Source: Macrostomum hystrix
Taxonomy: Eukaryota; Animalia; Platyhelminthes
DNA: 64,000 nt
NCBI GenBank assembly: GCA_950097015.1
Contig: CATNEN010000033.1
Coordinates: 310,001-374,000 of the forward strand
Direction of reading: 5' to 3'
Part shown: positions 1 through 12,384 of the stretch, in pieces
How positions within the stretch are numbered: position 1 is the stretch's first letter
How the letters are laid out: each line of letters opens with the position of its first letter
Notes under the pieces: model-generated
Seen by the model: the letters and a program-made list of their open reading frames with translations, nothing else
What the model was told of the DNA's origin: nothing
Database searches by the model: none
Program-made: the position numbers and the translations under genes

Positions 1-330
1 AGTGTCTCTACTATGATCTGTGAGTGTCTCCACTATGATCTATGGGAGTGTCTCTACTATGATCTGTGAGTGTCTCTACTATGATCTGTGAGTGTCTCTA
101 CTATGATCTGTGAGTGTCTCTACTATGATCTGTGAGTGTCTCTACTATGATCTATGGGAGTGTCTCTACTATGATCTGTGAGTGTCTCCACTATGATCTA
201 TGGGAGTGTCTCTACTATGATCTGTGAGTGTCTCTACTATGATCTGTGAGTGTCTCTACTATGATCTGTGAGTGTCTCTACTATGATCTGTGAGTGTCTC
301 CACTGTGATCTGTGAGTTTCTCTACTACGA
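1..330. repeat. 22-bp minisatellite, truncated by the window edge
   Basis: Unit AGTGTCTCTACTATGATCTGTG; reverse complement of the 1625-3794 array. Confidence 0.95.
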
Positions 331-1624
331 TCTGTGAGTGTCCCTTCGATGTTCTCTGGTCTTCATCTCAGTCCCTCCACCTGTCCCACTGTTGTTGTCT
401 TCACCTGATGTCACGATTTCATTCACGAGGTGTCTTGTCTTTTGTTCGTGCGGCTTATGCTATCAACAAATCTTATCAGGCTATTGTTATTAGAATTTCT
501 ATATTTTTCAAGCTTATAAAAAGTCACATTTTTTAATTCAGGTTTATCCATACTGAATAGATCAATATAATTTTAGTCAAACTGGCGTCACTAGGCCATG
601 GATTTGACAATAATTATCCTCTAATCCTTTAGAAATAGCAAAGAAATATTGGCTTGAATTTTTATTCATCTAACTGACTGGCAAAAGCAGCTTAAATGCC
701 ATCTGCTCTCGCAGTTGTCCCTGGCTTAGAAACAAACAGAGAGACAGAAGGCCAACAGTTAGTCGACTCAAACTAATGTCTATGGGGATTTCTATGCCCC
801 CCTAGGGATTCAAATTCGTGCTCAATTTGAGTCTCCGGAGGATTTTGACTTTAACTGACGGATATAAAATGAATAAAAGGTGAGAGGAAAAGGTATGCCA
901 GGGTGTGTGTGTGTTAGCGGTGCCTCGGCAAGCCTATTATTTGTTCAAACAAAACACCCCGTCTCGCCAAAAACCCCGGACAAGATTTGACGACCGCTTA
1001 GAGGCGTGAAGCTTGCGCTAAAGGTCGTGTGACTTATTGTTTGCATTTTGACATTTAGCCCCACCCACCCGCTGTTGAGACTGCTCAATTGGCCTGTTGA
1101 CCGTTTGTCTGAGCTGTGGCATATTCTTTGCCAGTTCCACAGCCCATATGCAAATTCTATTTTCTTTTTCATAAAATATTCTTTCTGGCTGCCAATTTAT
1201 AACAAAATCTAACGAATCAAAAAGTGACAAGGCGTTGGGGAAAAAGCTTTTCGTCTAGTTAATTAATCTGGCAATCTGGTGTCTTCAGTTAAGGCAGTCG
1301 ACGATTTCAATTGAGTATCGCGGATTAAAATAATTATTTTTCGAGAAAATTTTGTTAAAAATCCGATTCCATTTAGCAATCAAATAGATCAAGCACAAAC
1401 CTCATCGTGACTGAAAGGCGAAGAATCTGGATTTCAAGCAAAAGTGATGGTTCGAAAAGGAAATTCTAAAGACAAATGCCTGACCCATTATTCTGTTTGG
1501 GACAATTCTATTGGGGAAAATTTTAAGTTTGTAAAGACCCATTCAAGCTAAAAATTTTTTGTATTTTAGGCGTCTCAACAGCAGATCGTAGTCGAAACAC
1601 TCATCGTAGTCGACACTATCAGTT

Positions 1625-3794
1625 CATGGTAGAGACACTCACAGATCACACTAGAGACACTCACAGAACATAAATACGACACTCACAGATCATGGTAGAG
1701 ACACTCACAGATCATAATAGAGACACTCACAGAACATAAATAAGACACTCACAGATCATAGTAGAGACACTCACAGATCATAATAGAGACACTCACAGAT
1801 CATAGTAGAGACACTCACAGAACATAGTAGAGACACTCACAGATCATAGTAGAGACACTCACAGATCATAGTAGAGACACTCACAGATCATAGTAGAGAC
1901 ACTCACAGATCATAGTAGAGACACTCACAGAACATAATAGAGACACTCACAGATCATAGTAGAGACTCACAGATCATAGTAGAGACACTCACAGATCATA
2001 GTAGAGACTCTCACAGATCATAGTAGAGACACTCACAGAACATAAATAAGACACTAACAGACCATGGTAGAGACACTCACAGATCATAGTAGAGACACTC
2101 ACAGATGATGGTAGAGACACTCACAGATCATGGTAGAGACACTCACAGAACATAAATAAGACACTCACAGACCATGGTAGAGACACTCACAGATCATAGT
2201 AGAGACACTCACAGATGATGGTAGAGACACTCACAGATCATGGTAGAGACACTCACAGAACATAAATAAGACACTCACAGATCATAGTAGAGACACTCAC
2301 AGATCATAGAAGAGACGCTCACAGATCATAGATGAGACACTCACATATCATAGTAGAGACACTCCCATAGATCATAGTAGAGACACTCCCATAGATCATA
2401 GTAGAGACACTCACAGATCATAGTAGAGACACTCACAGATCATAGTAGAGACACTCACAGAACATAAATGAGACACTCACAGATCATGGTAGAGACACTC
2501 ACAGATCATAGTAGAGACACTCACAGATCATAGTAGAGACACTCACAGAACATAAATAAGACACTAACAGACCATGGTAGAGACACTCACAGATCATAGT
2601 AGAGACACTCACAGATCATAGTAGAGACACTCACAGAACATAAATAAGACACTAACAGACCATGGTAGAGACACTCACAGATGATGGTAGAGACACTCAC
2701 AGATCATGGTAGAGACACTCACAGAACATAAATAAGACACTCACAGACCATGGTAGAGACACTCACAGATCATAGTAGAGACACTCACAGATGATGGTAG
2801 AGACACTCACAGATCATAGTAGAGACACTCACAGAACATAAATAAGACACTCACAGACCATGGTAGAGACACTCACAGATCATAGTAGAGACACTCACAG
2901 ATGATGGTAGAGACACTCAAAGATCATGGTAGAGACACTCACAGAACATAAATAAGACACTCACAGATCATAGTAGAGACACTCACAGATCATAGTAGAG
3001 ACACTCACAGATCATAGAAGAGACACTCACAGATCATAGTAGAGACACTCACAGATCATAGTAGAGACACTCACAGATCATAGTAGAGACACTCCCATAG
3101 ATCATAGTAGAGACACTCCCATAGATCATAGTAGAGACACTCACAGATCATAGTAGAGACACTCACAGATCATAGTAGAGACACTCACAGAACATAAATA
3201 AGACACTCACAGATCATGGTAGAGACACTCACTGATCATAATAGAGACACTCACAGATCATAGAAGAGACACTCACAGATCATAGTAGAAACACTCACAG
3301 ATCATAGTAGAGACACTCACAGATCATAGTAGAGACACTCACAGATCATAAATGAGACACTCACAGATCATAGTAGAGACACTCACATATCATAGTAGAG
3401 ACACTCACATATCATAGTAGAGACACTCACATATCATAGTAGAGACACTCACAGATCATAGTAGAGACACTCACAGATCATAGTAGAGACACTCACAGAT
3501 CATAGAAGAGACACTCACAGATCATAGTAGAGACACTCACAGATCATAGTAGAGACACTCCCATAGATCATAGTAGAGACACTCCCATAGATCATAGTAG
3601 AGACACTCACAGATCATAGTAGAGACACTCACAGATCATAGTAGAGACACTCACAGATCATTACTGAGACACTCACAGATCATTACTGAGACACTCACAG
3701 ATCATTACTGAGACACTCACAGATCATTACTGAGACACTCACAGATCATTACTGAGACACTCACAGATCATTACTGAGACACTCACAGATCATG
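1625..3794. repeat. 22-bp minisatellite with variant blocks
   Basis: Unit AGAGACACTCACAGATCATAGT; recurring variants GAACATAAATAAG and CTCCCATAG. Confidence 0.95.
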
Positions 3795-3989
3795 GTATTA
3801 CATATAGTATCTTATGGATCGTAGTAGATTAATATATTTTTGCACTGATATGCACGGAGGCACACACTGAAGTCTCGCAGTGGACAATGGTAAGGATTAC
3901 ATAATTACATAGTCCATAGGAAGGTGCTGATTGCTCACTGTGACAACTGATAATTCCATTGTCGATTGCAACCAGTTCGCTAGCGCGCA

Positions 3990-4215
3990 GGATTTTATCT
4001 ATCGGTGTCTTCATTTGGCCAATTAATCGCTCATCAGCAATGTCCCATAGTTTGACAGGCGCTGTCCGCCATTTACTCCGCTAAACACGAAGCAATCACG
4101 CCAAATTGATGAAGCCATCCACACGTTCAGCATAGGCAAAGCGTTTCTCAATCTAGGAGAGTATTGAAAAAAAATTCTGAAGGACCAAAAAACGGTAGAG
4201 GTCAACACCGGGGAG
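3990..4215 (+). mobile_element. Possible decayed Penelope-like 3' end (GIY-YIG C-terminus plus hammerhead-like remnant)
   Basis: Broken frames SSFGQLIAHQQC and RQIDEAIHTFSIGKAFLNLGEY*, followed by CTGAAGGACC...GGTCAAC. Confidence 0.3.
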
Positions 4216-4999
4216 ATCGGCTGGCACGGTGCCTCTTCAGCGGCAGACTCCGACACTGCATGGAATCCGCGCGCCAGATTGGGTACCGACGCCGGCTCCT
4301 AATGATGAGTTTTCCCTGATGAAATTCCCACATCGTTGGCTGTCTCTCCCTCACCTCCCTAACTCTCAGATCCCAGGATTTTGATGGTTCCCGGCAGCGC
4401 CCACACCAGCTTTTGTTACATCCGGCTCTGACGGACGTGGAGTGGCCTAGCTCGATTGGGATTAATGAAATTTCGGGAAGGGGTCCGGGGGATTGAGGGT
4501 GCGGCGCACAGTTTGTGAGGCCTTTTGTCCCTGCAGCTGCCCGACTCCTGGGAGAAGAAATTACTTTTTTGCCTGCTCACTCTCTGCGTCTCTCTCTTTG
4601 AAGGTTTTTTCTGCGCAGCTGTAGCCGCCGCCGCCGCCCGCTCTGCCAAAGCCGCCAACAAGATGGGGATAATTTGCAAATGAATTCTCCCAGCTTGGAG
4701 TCTGAGGGAAGCACTAGCTCATCTGCACCCCCCCAATATTGTCCCCTTGCTGATCCTGCTCAAAAATAATTCCCATATAGACTGCAGTCAGGGCTGGGTG
4801 GGTCAGCCGGTGCCAGTGTCACAGTGCAGTCCCGCCACGCAGTTTGACATTGACTGACAGAAAAAGTTTTTTGGAGAAACCAACTGAGCTGCTTCCCCAC
4901 CCCCGCGACACTGCGGAGAGCGGCTGACAAGCTGACCGCGGGTGTCAGTTGTTTTTTATGAAACATTTAGGAAAACAATTTAGTTTTTTATCCGACAAG

Positions 5000-5250
5000 T
5001 GATTGTAGCCTAGTGGTTAGGTCGGTGGGATTACGACTGGAAGGTCGGGGGTTCGATTCTCGACTCCACTGGAAAAATTTTTGTCGTTCTTGTCTTGTAT
5101 TGTTCTTGACTCCACGCGTTATTGAGAGAGGGTGTGGCGTCCCCCCAGTCCATAGACTGAACAGCAGTACGCAGCCTGGACTGAATAGCTGCGGCTGTAC
5201 TGTCGGCTGCACCTTGGGTAAGGTGTATTATAATCAATTACTATTTCATT
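5000..5250 (+). mobile_element. tRNA-derived SINE-like element (family B)
   Basis: A-box TAGCCTAGTGG at 5006-5016 and B-box GGTTCGATTCT at 5050-5060; imperfect cloverleaf. The 3' limit is uncertain. Confidence 0.55.
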
Positions 5251-5467
5251 TACCAGTAAATGCCTTCTGTCCGTCCGAAATCGAGCTCTTAATGACTACG
5301 AGCAATTATTAGGTGCAAAAGCTTTCTCTAGGTCGCTGACGGGAGTATTCTCTGACGAGCTTGATTGAGAGAGAGAGAGACAGAAGGAAAAAAACCGCGG
5401 CGCTGCATGGATTGCCTAAGTCACGACTGCTGCCTGTTGATGCGCTTCACCAGACAGCGGCGGCGGA

Positions 5468-5469
<2 letters not shown>

Positions 5470-5514
<45 letters not shown>
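5470..5514. repeat. (CAG)15 microsatellite
   Basis: Direct count of 15 uninterrupted units. Confidence 0.95.
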
Positions 5515-5516
<2 letters not shown>

Positions 5517-5899
5517 GTGTCGGCTGGCTGTAAAACAAAATCGAAGCGGGGCACATCCAGGCCCGCTCAGCGACTGAGTAGCAGTCTGGCGAAGGAGGAA
5601 TCTTTCCGCATGGCTGAGCTCACCTTGTCGCTGCGGATGGCTAAAAGAGGATTGGAAAAGAGGCAGCACCCCGGGCTATGCTGCGCTGGTGAAGAACAAT
5701 GGGCCGAGTTTCGGAGGCTGGGGTGGGTGCGGAAATGCTCCATCTAATCGTTCCGCTCTCGCTGACAGTCGGGTCTCTTTTTTAAAAACAGGAGAGCGCT
5801 CTGTGCAGAAATCCCTGAGAAATTAAACTCAGAATCCACGTTTTTGCATCCTGTGGACTTGGGATTTCCTTAATGCTTTTCTGAATATCGGCCACAGAT

Positions 5900-6265
5900 G
5901 GTCAGGCCGTTTGGCCAACCAATCTCAACTTGACGAGTGACCATTTCAGTTCATGTCACAGAGTCTACAGAGAGGGAACAGAGCCGGCTTCAACACCAGA
6001 GCGGAAGCGGTCAGCTTTCAACGCTTCAGGTCTGGTCACTCGCTGGAGCTGGTGGCCAAGGACATTCACAACGGACGCGGGGCGGTGCGGATGCTGCGGG
6101 GAGGAAGAGGAAACCACCGAGCATGTCTGCAGCTGCCTGGCAACGTTCTGGGACAGAAGCTGACACGGAATTACCAGGTTGTCAGACCTCTGGAACAACG
6201 AGAGTTTTGCAATGGTGCTCTGGGCCTGGGTCAAGGAGAAGCTACAACCTTGAAAGCATCATCAT
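5900..6265 (+). mobile_element. Decayed non-LTR retrotransposon 3' fragment (I/R1-like C-terminus)
   Basis: TRAEAVSFQRFRSGHS, then after a frameshift RCGCCGEEEETTEHVCSC, matching the RLRxGH...CxxC...ETxEH...C C-terminal motif. Confidence 0.6.
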
Positions 6266-6268
6266 CGG

Positions 6269-6945
6269 TAGCAGCAGCAGCAAAGGTAGAAACAGAAATA
6301 GCAGCAGCAGCAGCAAAGGTAGAAACAGAAATAGCAGCAGCAGCAGCAAAGGTAGAAACAGAAATAGCAGCAGCAGCAGCAAAGGTAGAAACAGAAATAG
6401 CAGCAGCAGCAGCAAAGGTAGAAACAGAAATAGCAGCAGCAGCAGCAAAGGTAGAAACAGAAATAGCAGCAGCAGCAGCAAAGGTAGAAACAGAAATAGC
6501 AGCAGCAGCAGCAAAGGTAGAAACAGAAATAGCAGCAGCAGCAGCAAAGGTAGAAACAGAAATAGCAGCAGCAGCAGCAAAGGTAGAAACAGAAATAGCA
6601 GCAGCAGCAGCAAAGGTAGAAACAGAAATAGCAGCAGCAGCAGCAAAGGTAGAAACAGAAATAGCAACAGCAGCAGCAAAGGTAGAAACAGAAATAGCAG
6701 CAGCAGCAGCAAAGGTAGAAACAGAATTAGCAGCAGCAGCAGCAAAGGTAGAAACAGAATTAGCAGCAGCAGCAGCAAAGGTAGAAACAGAATTAGCAGC
6801 AGCAGCAGCAAAGGTAGAAACAGAATTAGCAGCAGCAGCAGCAAAGGTAGAAACAGAATTAGCAGCAGCAGCAGCAAAGGTAGAAACAGAATTAGCAGCA
6901 GCAGCAGCAAAGGTAGAAACAGAATTAGCAGCAGCATCAGCAGCA
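6269..6945. repeat. 33-bp minisatellite, 20 copies
   Basis: Unit (AGC)5-AAAGGTAGAAACAGAAAT; 13 GAAATA units followed by 7 GAATTA units. Confidence 0.95.
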
Positions 6946-8837
6946 GCAAGGTGCTGCCACTCAAGGGCGGGACGTAAAATGGAGACTCATGGTGCACGAA
7001 GGTTGGGATTAACGCTCCAGGGTGGAGTGGAGGAGCCTAGAAAGGAGCCGGGCTATAAGAGTCTGGAGTGGGATGAAAAGATGCAGGCACGGTGTCCGTC
7101 CTGGGGCCAAGCGCCAACCCCACTTTCCGGTCCGCAGCCGGGCGGTCTCGCTAAATGACTTAAAACCGGAACCCGCATCGTCTAAGTGGCCACCAGCCTC
7201 CGTCCTTGCGTCTCTCGCTCACTCGGAGCTCGGAGCTCCTGGCTCCTGGCGGCCTGGCCCCCCGGGAAGAGAAAAAAATTCCCCTAACTCCTGACACACT
7301 CCGATCTCCAGCCACGGTCAAGCTAGAAAGGCCCGTGTGGCCCCTCACCCGACCTCTCCAAGGCCCCCTCGCAGCTTCCTCTCACTCGTGTGCCCTCTCC
7401 ATCTCGATCGGCCAGTGTGTGTGTGTGTGCGTGCAGAGCTTCCCGCCGCGTGTGTGCGTCGGTGGAGTCCCGGACGTCTCTCCCCTCGCAGTCTGTTTCA
7501 CCTCTCTCTCTCTTTTATAAAGGCCTGGTGAGTCCTACCTCGGCGTGTGCGCGCCGCCGCGTCAACCTCACCCTCCGCTTCTCTTCCTGTCGTGTTTTTC
7601 AGCCAGCTTCCTCACTTTAATTAATTATCCCATTCACGGAAGGCAGCGGTATAAGCGGAGGTTTTGGGCTACCGACTGGGATGGAAGAAGAATTTTGGAC
7701 CGGGGGTTGGGGCTCCCGGGTCTCCCTGAGTCTCATTTCCTGCGACTGCTGCCGCTTGCCGGGACCCCCCTGCTCCCCCTCTGTCTCTCTCTCTCACCCC
7801 ACCGGTCGTCCCTGCGTGCAGCAGTAGCTCGCACGGCTTGTGGATGGGAGAAAATATTTAAATTCATATTTTTATAATTCTGCCGTAAACAAAAACTCTG
7901 TCTTGTCTAATAGGCGCCCTATTCGTAACTTGGCTGTTTGCAGGTAGCAGGCACCCACTGCCAGATCTTTCCTTGACGAAGGAAGCGCAGGTCTAAGGCA
8001 CTAATCGCCAACGAATCCCCATTCCCGAGGGACTGAAAGTCGCGGCGCGCCTCGGCTTCCAGGGATACCGCCTCTCTATTCTTCTCTCGCAAAGGAAGAG
8101 CTGGATTGGCGAAATCCGGGCCAGTTGAGGAAAGATTTAAAAACATTCTCCCCGGGTCCTCTGCCGTCTCGCCCCTGCCTCCTCATTTATTTGATCCTAG
8201 CCCAGCCCAGCTAATCCGCTTAAATGTCAAGCGAGCTGCCCGGAGCTGCCTGGAGCGCCGCGCCGACTTGCTGAAAGCTTGGCCCTTGATATTCTGAGAT
8301 CCACGGTGGCCGCCGAGCAAACTGCAAAACTGCAAGAAGCAGCAATCAAAGAGGAGGGACTTAGGGACTTAAGAACTGGGGGAACGGACTCAGACGCCCC
8401 ACACAGTGCTTAACTCCCCTGGGCGATTAACGAGAATGAGAAGAGAAATGCCAGCTCAAAAGAAGACACATGAGACAGGTGACTCTCCTCTATCCAGTCG
8501 GGAACACTATTTTACTGTTTAACCACCACTCTCTGCTAAAAAGTGAAATAGGAAAAAATATTTTATCGCAGCGTCATATTTCGAGCCGTATGATCTGAAG
8601 CAGGTGCAACAAAAACAACAAGTATGAAATGCTGGTTTCAAATACCAGTTTTAAGCCACGTTGTTTGTAAGGGAAAGCGTTGAAACACTCTCCGACATCA
8701 GCATAAACACTGGCGGTTGGTGACAGCACGGTTCTCGTTGCTTTTATAGGGTAATTAAAGGATTAAAGGAGTGCCGTGTGAGATTTACGGCACTAAATGG
8801 GCACAAGTACATGATGTCCCAATGGGCTCTTAAAGGA

Positions 8838-11062
8838 ACTGATCATTGACAGCACTGCTCATAAGAGGACTGATCATCGACAGCACTGCTCATACATGAA
8901 CCGATTATTCACAGCACTGCTCATACATGAACTGATCATTGACAGCACTGCTCATACATGAAGAGATCATTGACAGCACTGCTCATAAGGGGACTGATTA
9001 TTGACAGCACTGCTCATACATGGACGGATTATTGACAGCACTGCTCATACATGGACTGATTATTGACAACACTGCTCATACATGGACTGATTATTGACAG
9101 CACTGCTCATAAGGGGACTGATTATTGACAGCACTGCTCATACATGGACTGATTATTGACAGCACTGCTCATACATGGACTGATTATTGACAACACTGCT
9201 CATACATGGACTGATTATTGACAGCACTGCTCATAAGGGGACTGATTATTGACAGCACTGCTCATACATGGACTGATTATTGACAACACTGCTCATACAT
9301 GGACTGATTATTGACAACACTGCTCATACATGAACCGATTATTCACAGCACTGCTCATACATCAAGAGATCACAGACAGATCTGCTCATAAATGAACTGA
9401 TCATTGCCAGCACTGCTCATACATGAACTGATCATTGACAGCACTGCTCATACATGAACTGATCATTAACAGCACTGCTCATACATGAAGAGATCATTGA
9501 CAGCACTGCTCATAAGGGGACTGATTATTGACAGCACTGCTCATACATGGACGGATTATTGACAGCACTGCTCATACATGGACTGATTATTGACAACACT
9601 GCTCATACATGGACTGATTATTGACAGCACTGCTCATAAGGGGACTGATTATTGACAGCACTGCTCATACATGGACTGATCATTGACAGCACTGCTCATA
9701 CATGGACTGATTATTGACAGCACTGCTCATACATGGACTGATTATTGACAGCACTGCTCATACATGGACTGATTATTGACAACACTGCTCATACATGGAC
9801 TGATTATTGACAGCACTGCTCATACATGGACTGATTATTGACAGCACTGCTCATAAGGGGACTGATTATTGACAGCACTGCTCATACATGGACTGATCAT
9901 TGACAGCACTGCTCATACATGGACTGATTATTGACAACACTGCTCATACATGGACTGATTATTGACAGCACTGCTCATAAGGGGACTGATTATTGACAGC
10001 ACTGCTCATACATGGACTGATTATTGACAGCACTGCTCATAAGGGGACTGATTATTGACAGCACTGCTCATACATGGACTGATTATTGACAGCACTGCTC
10101 ATAAGGGGACTGATTATTGACAGCACTGCTCATACATGGACTGATTATTGACAGCACTGCTCATACATGGACTGATTATTGACAGCACTGCTCATAAGGG
10201 GACTGATTATTGACAGCACTGCTCATACATGGACTGATTATTGACAACACTGCTCATACATGGACTGATTATTGACAGCACTGCTCATAAGGGGACTGAT
10301 CATTGACAGCACTGCTCATACATGGACTGATCATTGACAGCACTGCTCATACATGGACTGATCATTGACAGCACTGCTCATACATGGACTGATCATTGAC
10401 AGCACTGCTCATACATGGACTGATCATTGACAGCACTGCTCATACATGGATTGATTTTTGACAGCACTGCTCATACATGGACTGATCATTGACAGCACTG
10501 CTCATACATGGACTGATCATTGACAGCACTGCTCATACATGGACTGATCATTGACAGCACTGCTCATACATGGATTGATTATTGACAGCACTGCTCATAC
10601 ATGGATTGATTATTGACAGCACTGCTCATACATGGACTGATCATTGACAGCACTGCTCATACATGGACTGATCATTGACAGCACTGCTCATACATGGACT
10701 GATCATTGACAGCACTGCTCATACATGGACTGATTATTGACAACACTGCTCATACATGGACTGATCATTGACAGCACTGCTCATACATGGACTGATCATT
10801 GACAGCACTGCTCATACATGGACTGATCATTGACAGCACTGCTCATACATGGATTGATTATTGACAGCACTGCTCATACATGGATTGATTATTGACAGCA
10901 CTGCTCATACATGGACTGATCATTGACAGCACTGCTCATACATGGACTGATCATTGACAGCACTGCTCATACATGGACTGATCATTGACAGCACTGCTCA
11001 TACATGGACTGATTATTGACAGCACTGCTCATACATGGACTGATCATTGACAGCACTGCTCA
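8838..11062. repeat. 31-bp minisatellite
   Basis: Unit CTGCTCATACATGGACTGATTATTGACAGCA. Confidence 0.95.
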
Positions 11063-11719
11063 TGAGTTTGATCCTCAACAATATTTTCTCCAAGATTTTA
11101 GTTGCAGAATCCACCATTGTTTGTGCCATATACGAGCGCAAAATTTCTCCGGAGTGTTTGAGCTGAGCTCTCCAATGGGCGGTAATGAAGGCGAGTTCCC
11201 AGGGGGTCGAACTCAAGGCTTGCTCGTATCAAAGCTCGCAAACACAGCACACCTACTAAATTAGTTTAGAGCGACCAAGGATTTGGGCTAGCTGCGGGAA
11301 TTCCCCAGACACCTTGTGGTGTAGTGGCGCGGATTAGTGACAGAAATTCTCCAGGATTTTGAGCGCGGCACTCAGATTGCCAAGACTCAGTAGACGGCCT
11401 CTTGATTCGATCAAATAATTTTGCGTCTTCAAAAAAACTAAACGACTATTTTCGATGTGAAGCAGTTTTACATTCTGAGTTTCAATGCCAAAAAACCCAA
11501 GAGGGCAAAGCTTACAGACAATTCTTAAGCGCGATTTGCTGAAAAATTTAAACGGCCCTTTTAGGGTCATGTGCGTATGTTCCCTGGACACAATGATGCG
11601 GTCCAGTTTTAACGAAGCTAAAAAATACTGCACCAGCTAGGACGAAAGCTAAACCACTCGGTGCTTCTCTGTATCGCCACTATGCAAAAAATTTAATCAT
11701 ACTTGCTTGTAATAATGCA

Positions 11720-11793
11720 TAGTGTCAGAGGAAGCACGCATAGTGTCAGAGGAAGCACGCATAGTGTCAGAGGAAGCACGCATAGTGTCAGAG
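11720..11793. repeat. 21-bp tandem repeat, about 3.5 copies
   Basis: Unit GTGTCAGAGGAAGCACGCATA. Confidence 0.9.
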
Positions 11794-12384
11794 GTACATT
11801 CTCAGTTATTAATGCTGACTGACGTTTTCTTAGTAAGTGCAGCTCCAGATTTCACTCGCAACTCGCCCCGTGAGCAGCTAAATGTTTGCTCACCAGAGAA
11901 AGTCCTCTCTGATTTGATAGCAACTCAATTCGTATTTGCCAATGCGCAAAAGTTTGACTCAGGCAAAGAATGCTTTTGAAGGAAACTTTCTCCGTTAATT
12001 TTTTTCTAACCGAAGATGACACCGATTCTATCTAGACGACTCACTCCCGTACCACTTACATCTGGGAATGGAAGGAGCTAAAGGCGAAAGGAGAAGGCCA
12101 AATATATAGTTTAATCTGGGCCAAGGAATGAATCGGTAGGGAACTGTAGCAGGTGCTACGCATTTTCTTCGAGAGCCTTTGTCAACAATGGGAGCTCGGT
12201 GACAGACAATGGCCCGACACTGTAAAATGTGCTCTTCTTTGCTTGCAGCATTTGAAAATTTCTAGGCTACTACCAGAGGTCGTTTGCTGCCTTCAATCAC
12301 ATCGCTGCTTTCCAATCTCACCCCTGACACGTGCTGCGCTAATGATGCGACTGTAAAGGTGGAAAATGCGAGTCGCGATAGTCT

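Noticed and set aside
1080-1165. LHMGCGTGKEY on the minus strand, resembling a methyltransferase motif I or P-loop
   Set aside because: The frame is short, bounded by stops, and has no good acceptor.
5000-5075. Functional tRNA gene
   Set aside because: Acceptor and anticodon stems do not pair properly; treated as a SINE head.
11180-11270. B-box-like GAGTTCGACCC on the minus strand (also near 45845)
   Set aside because: No matching A-box at the right spacing; too weak to call.
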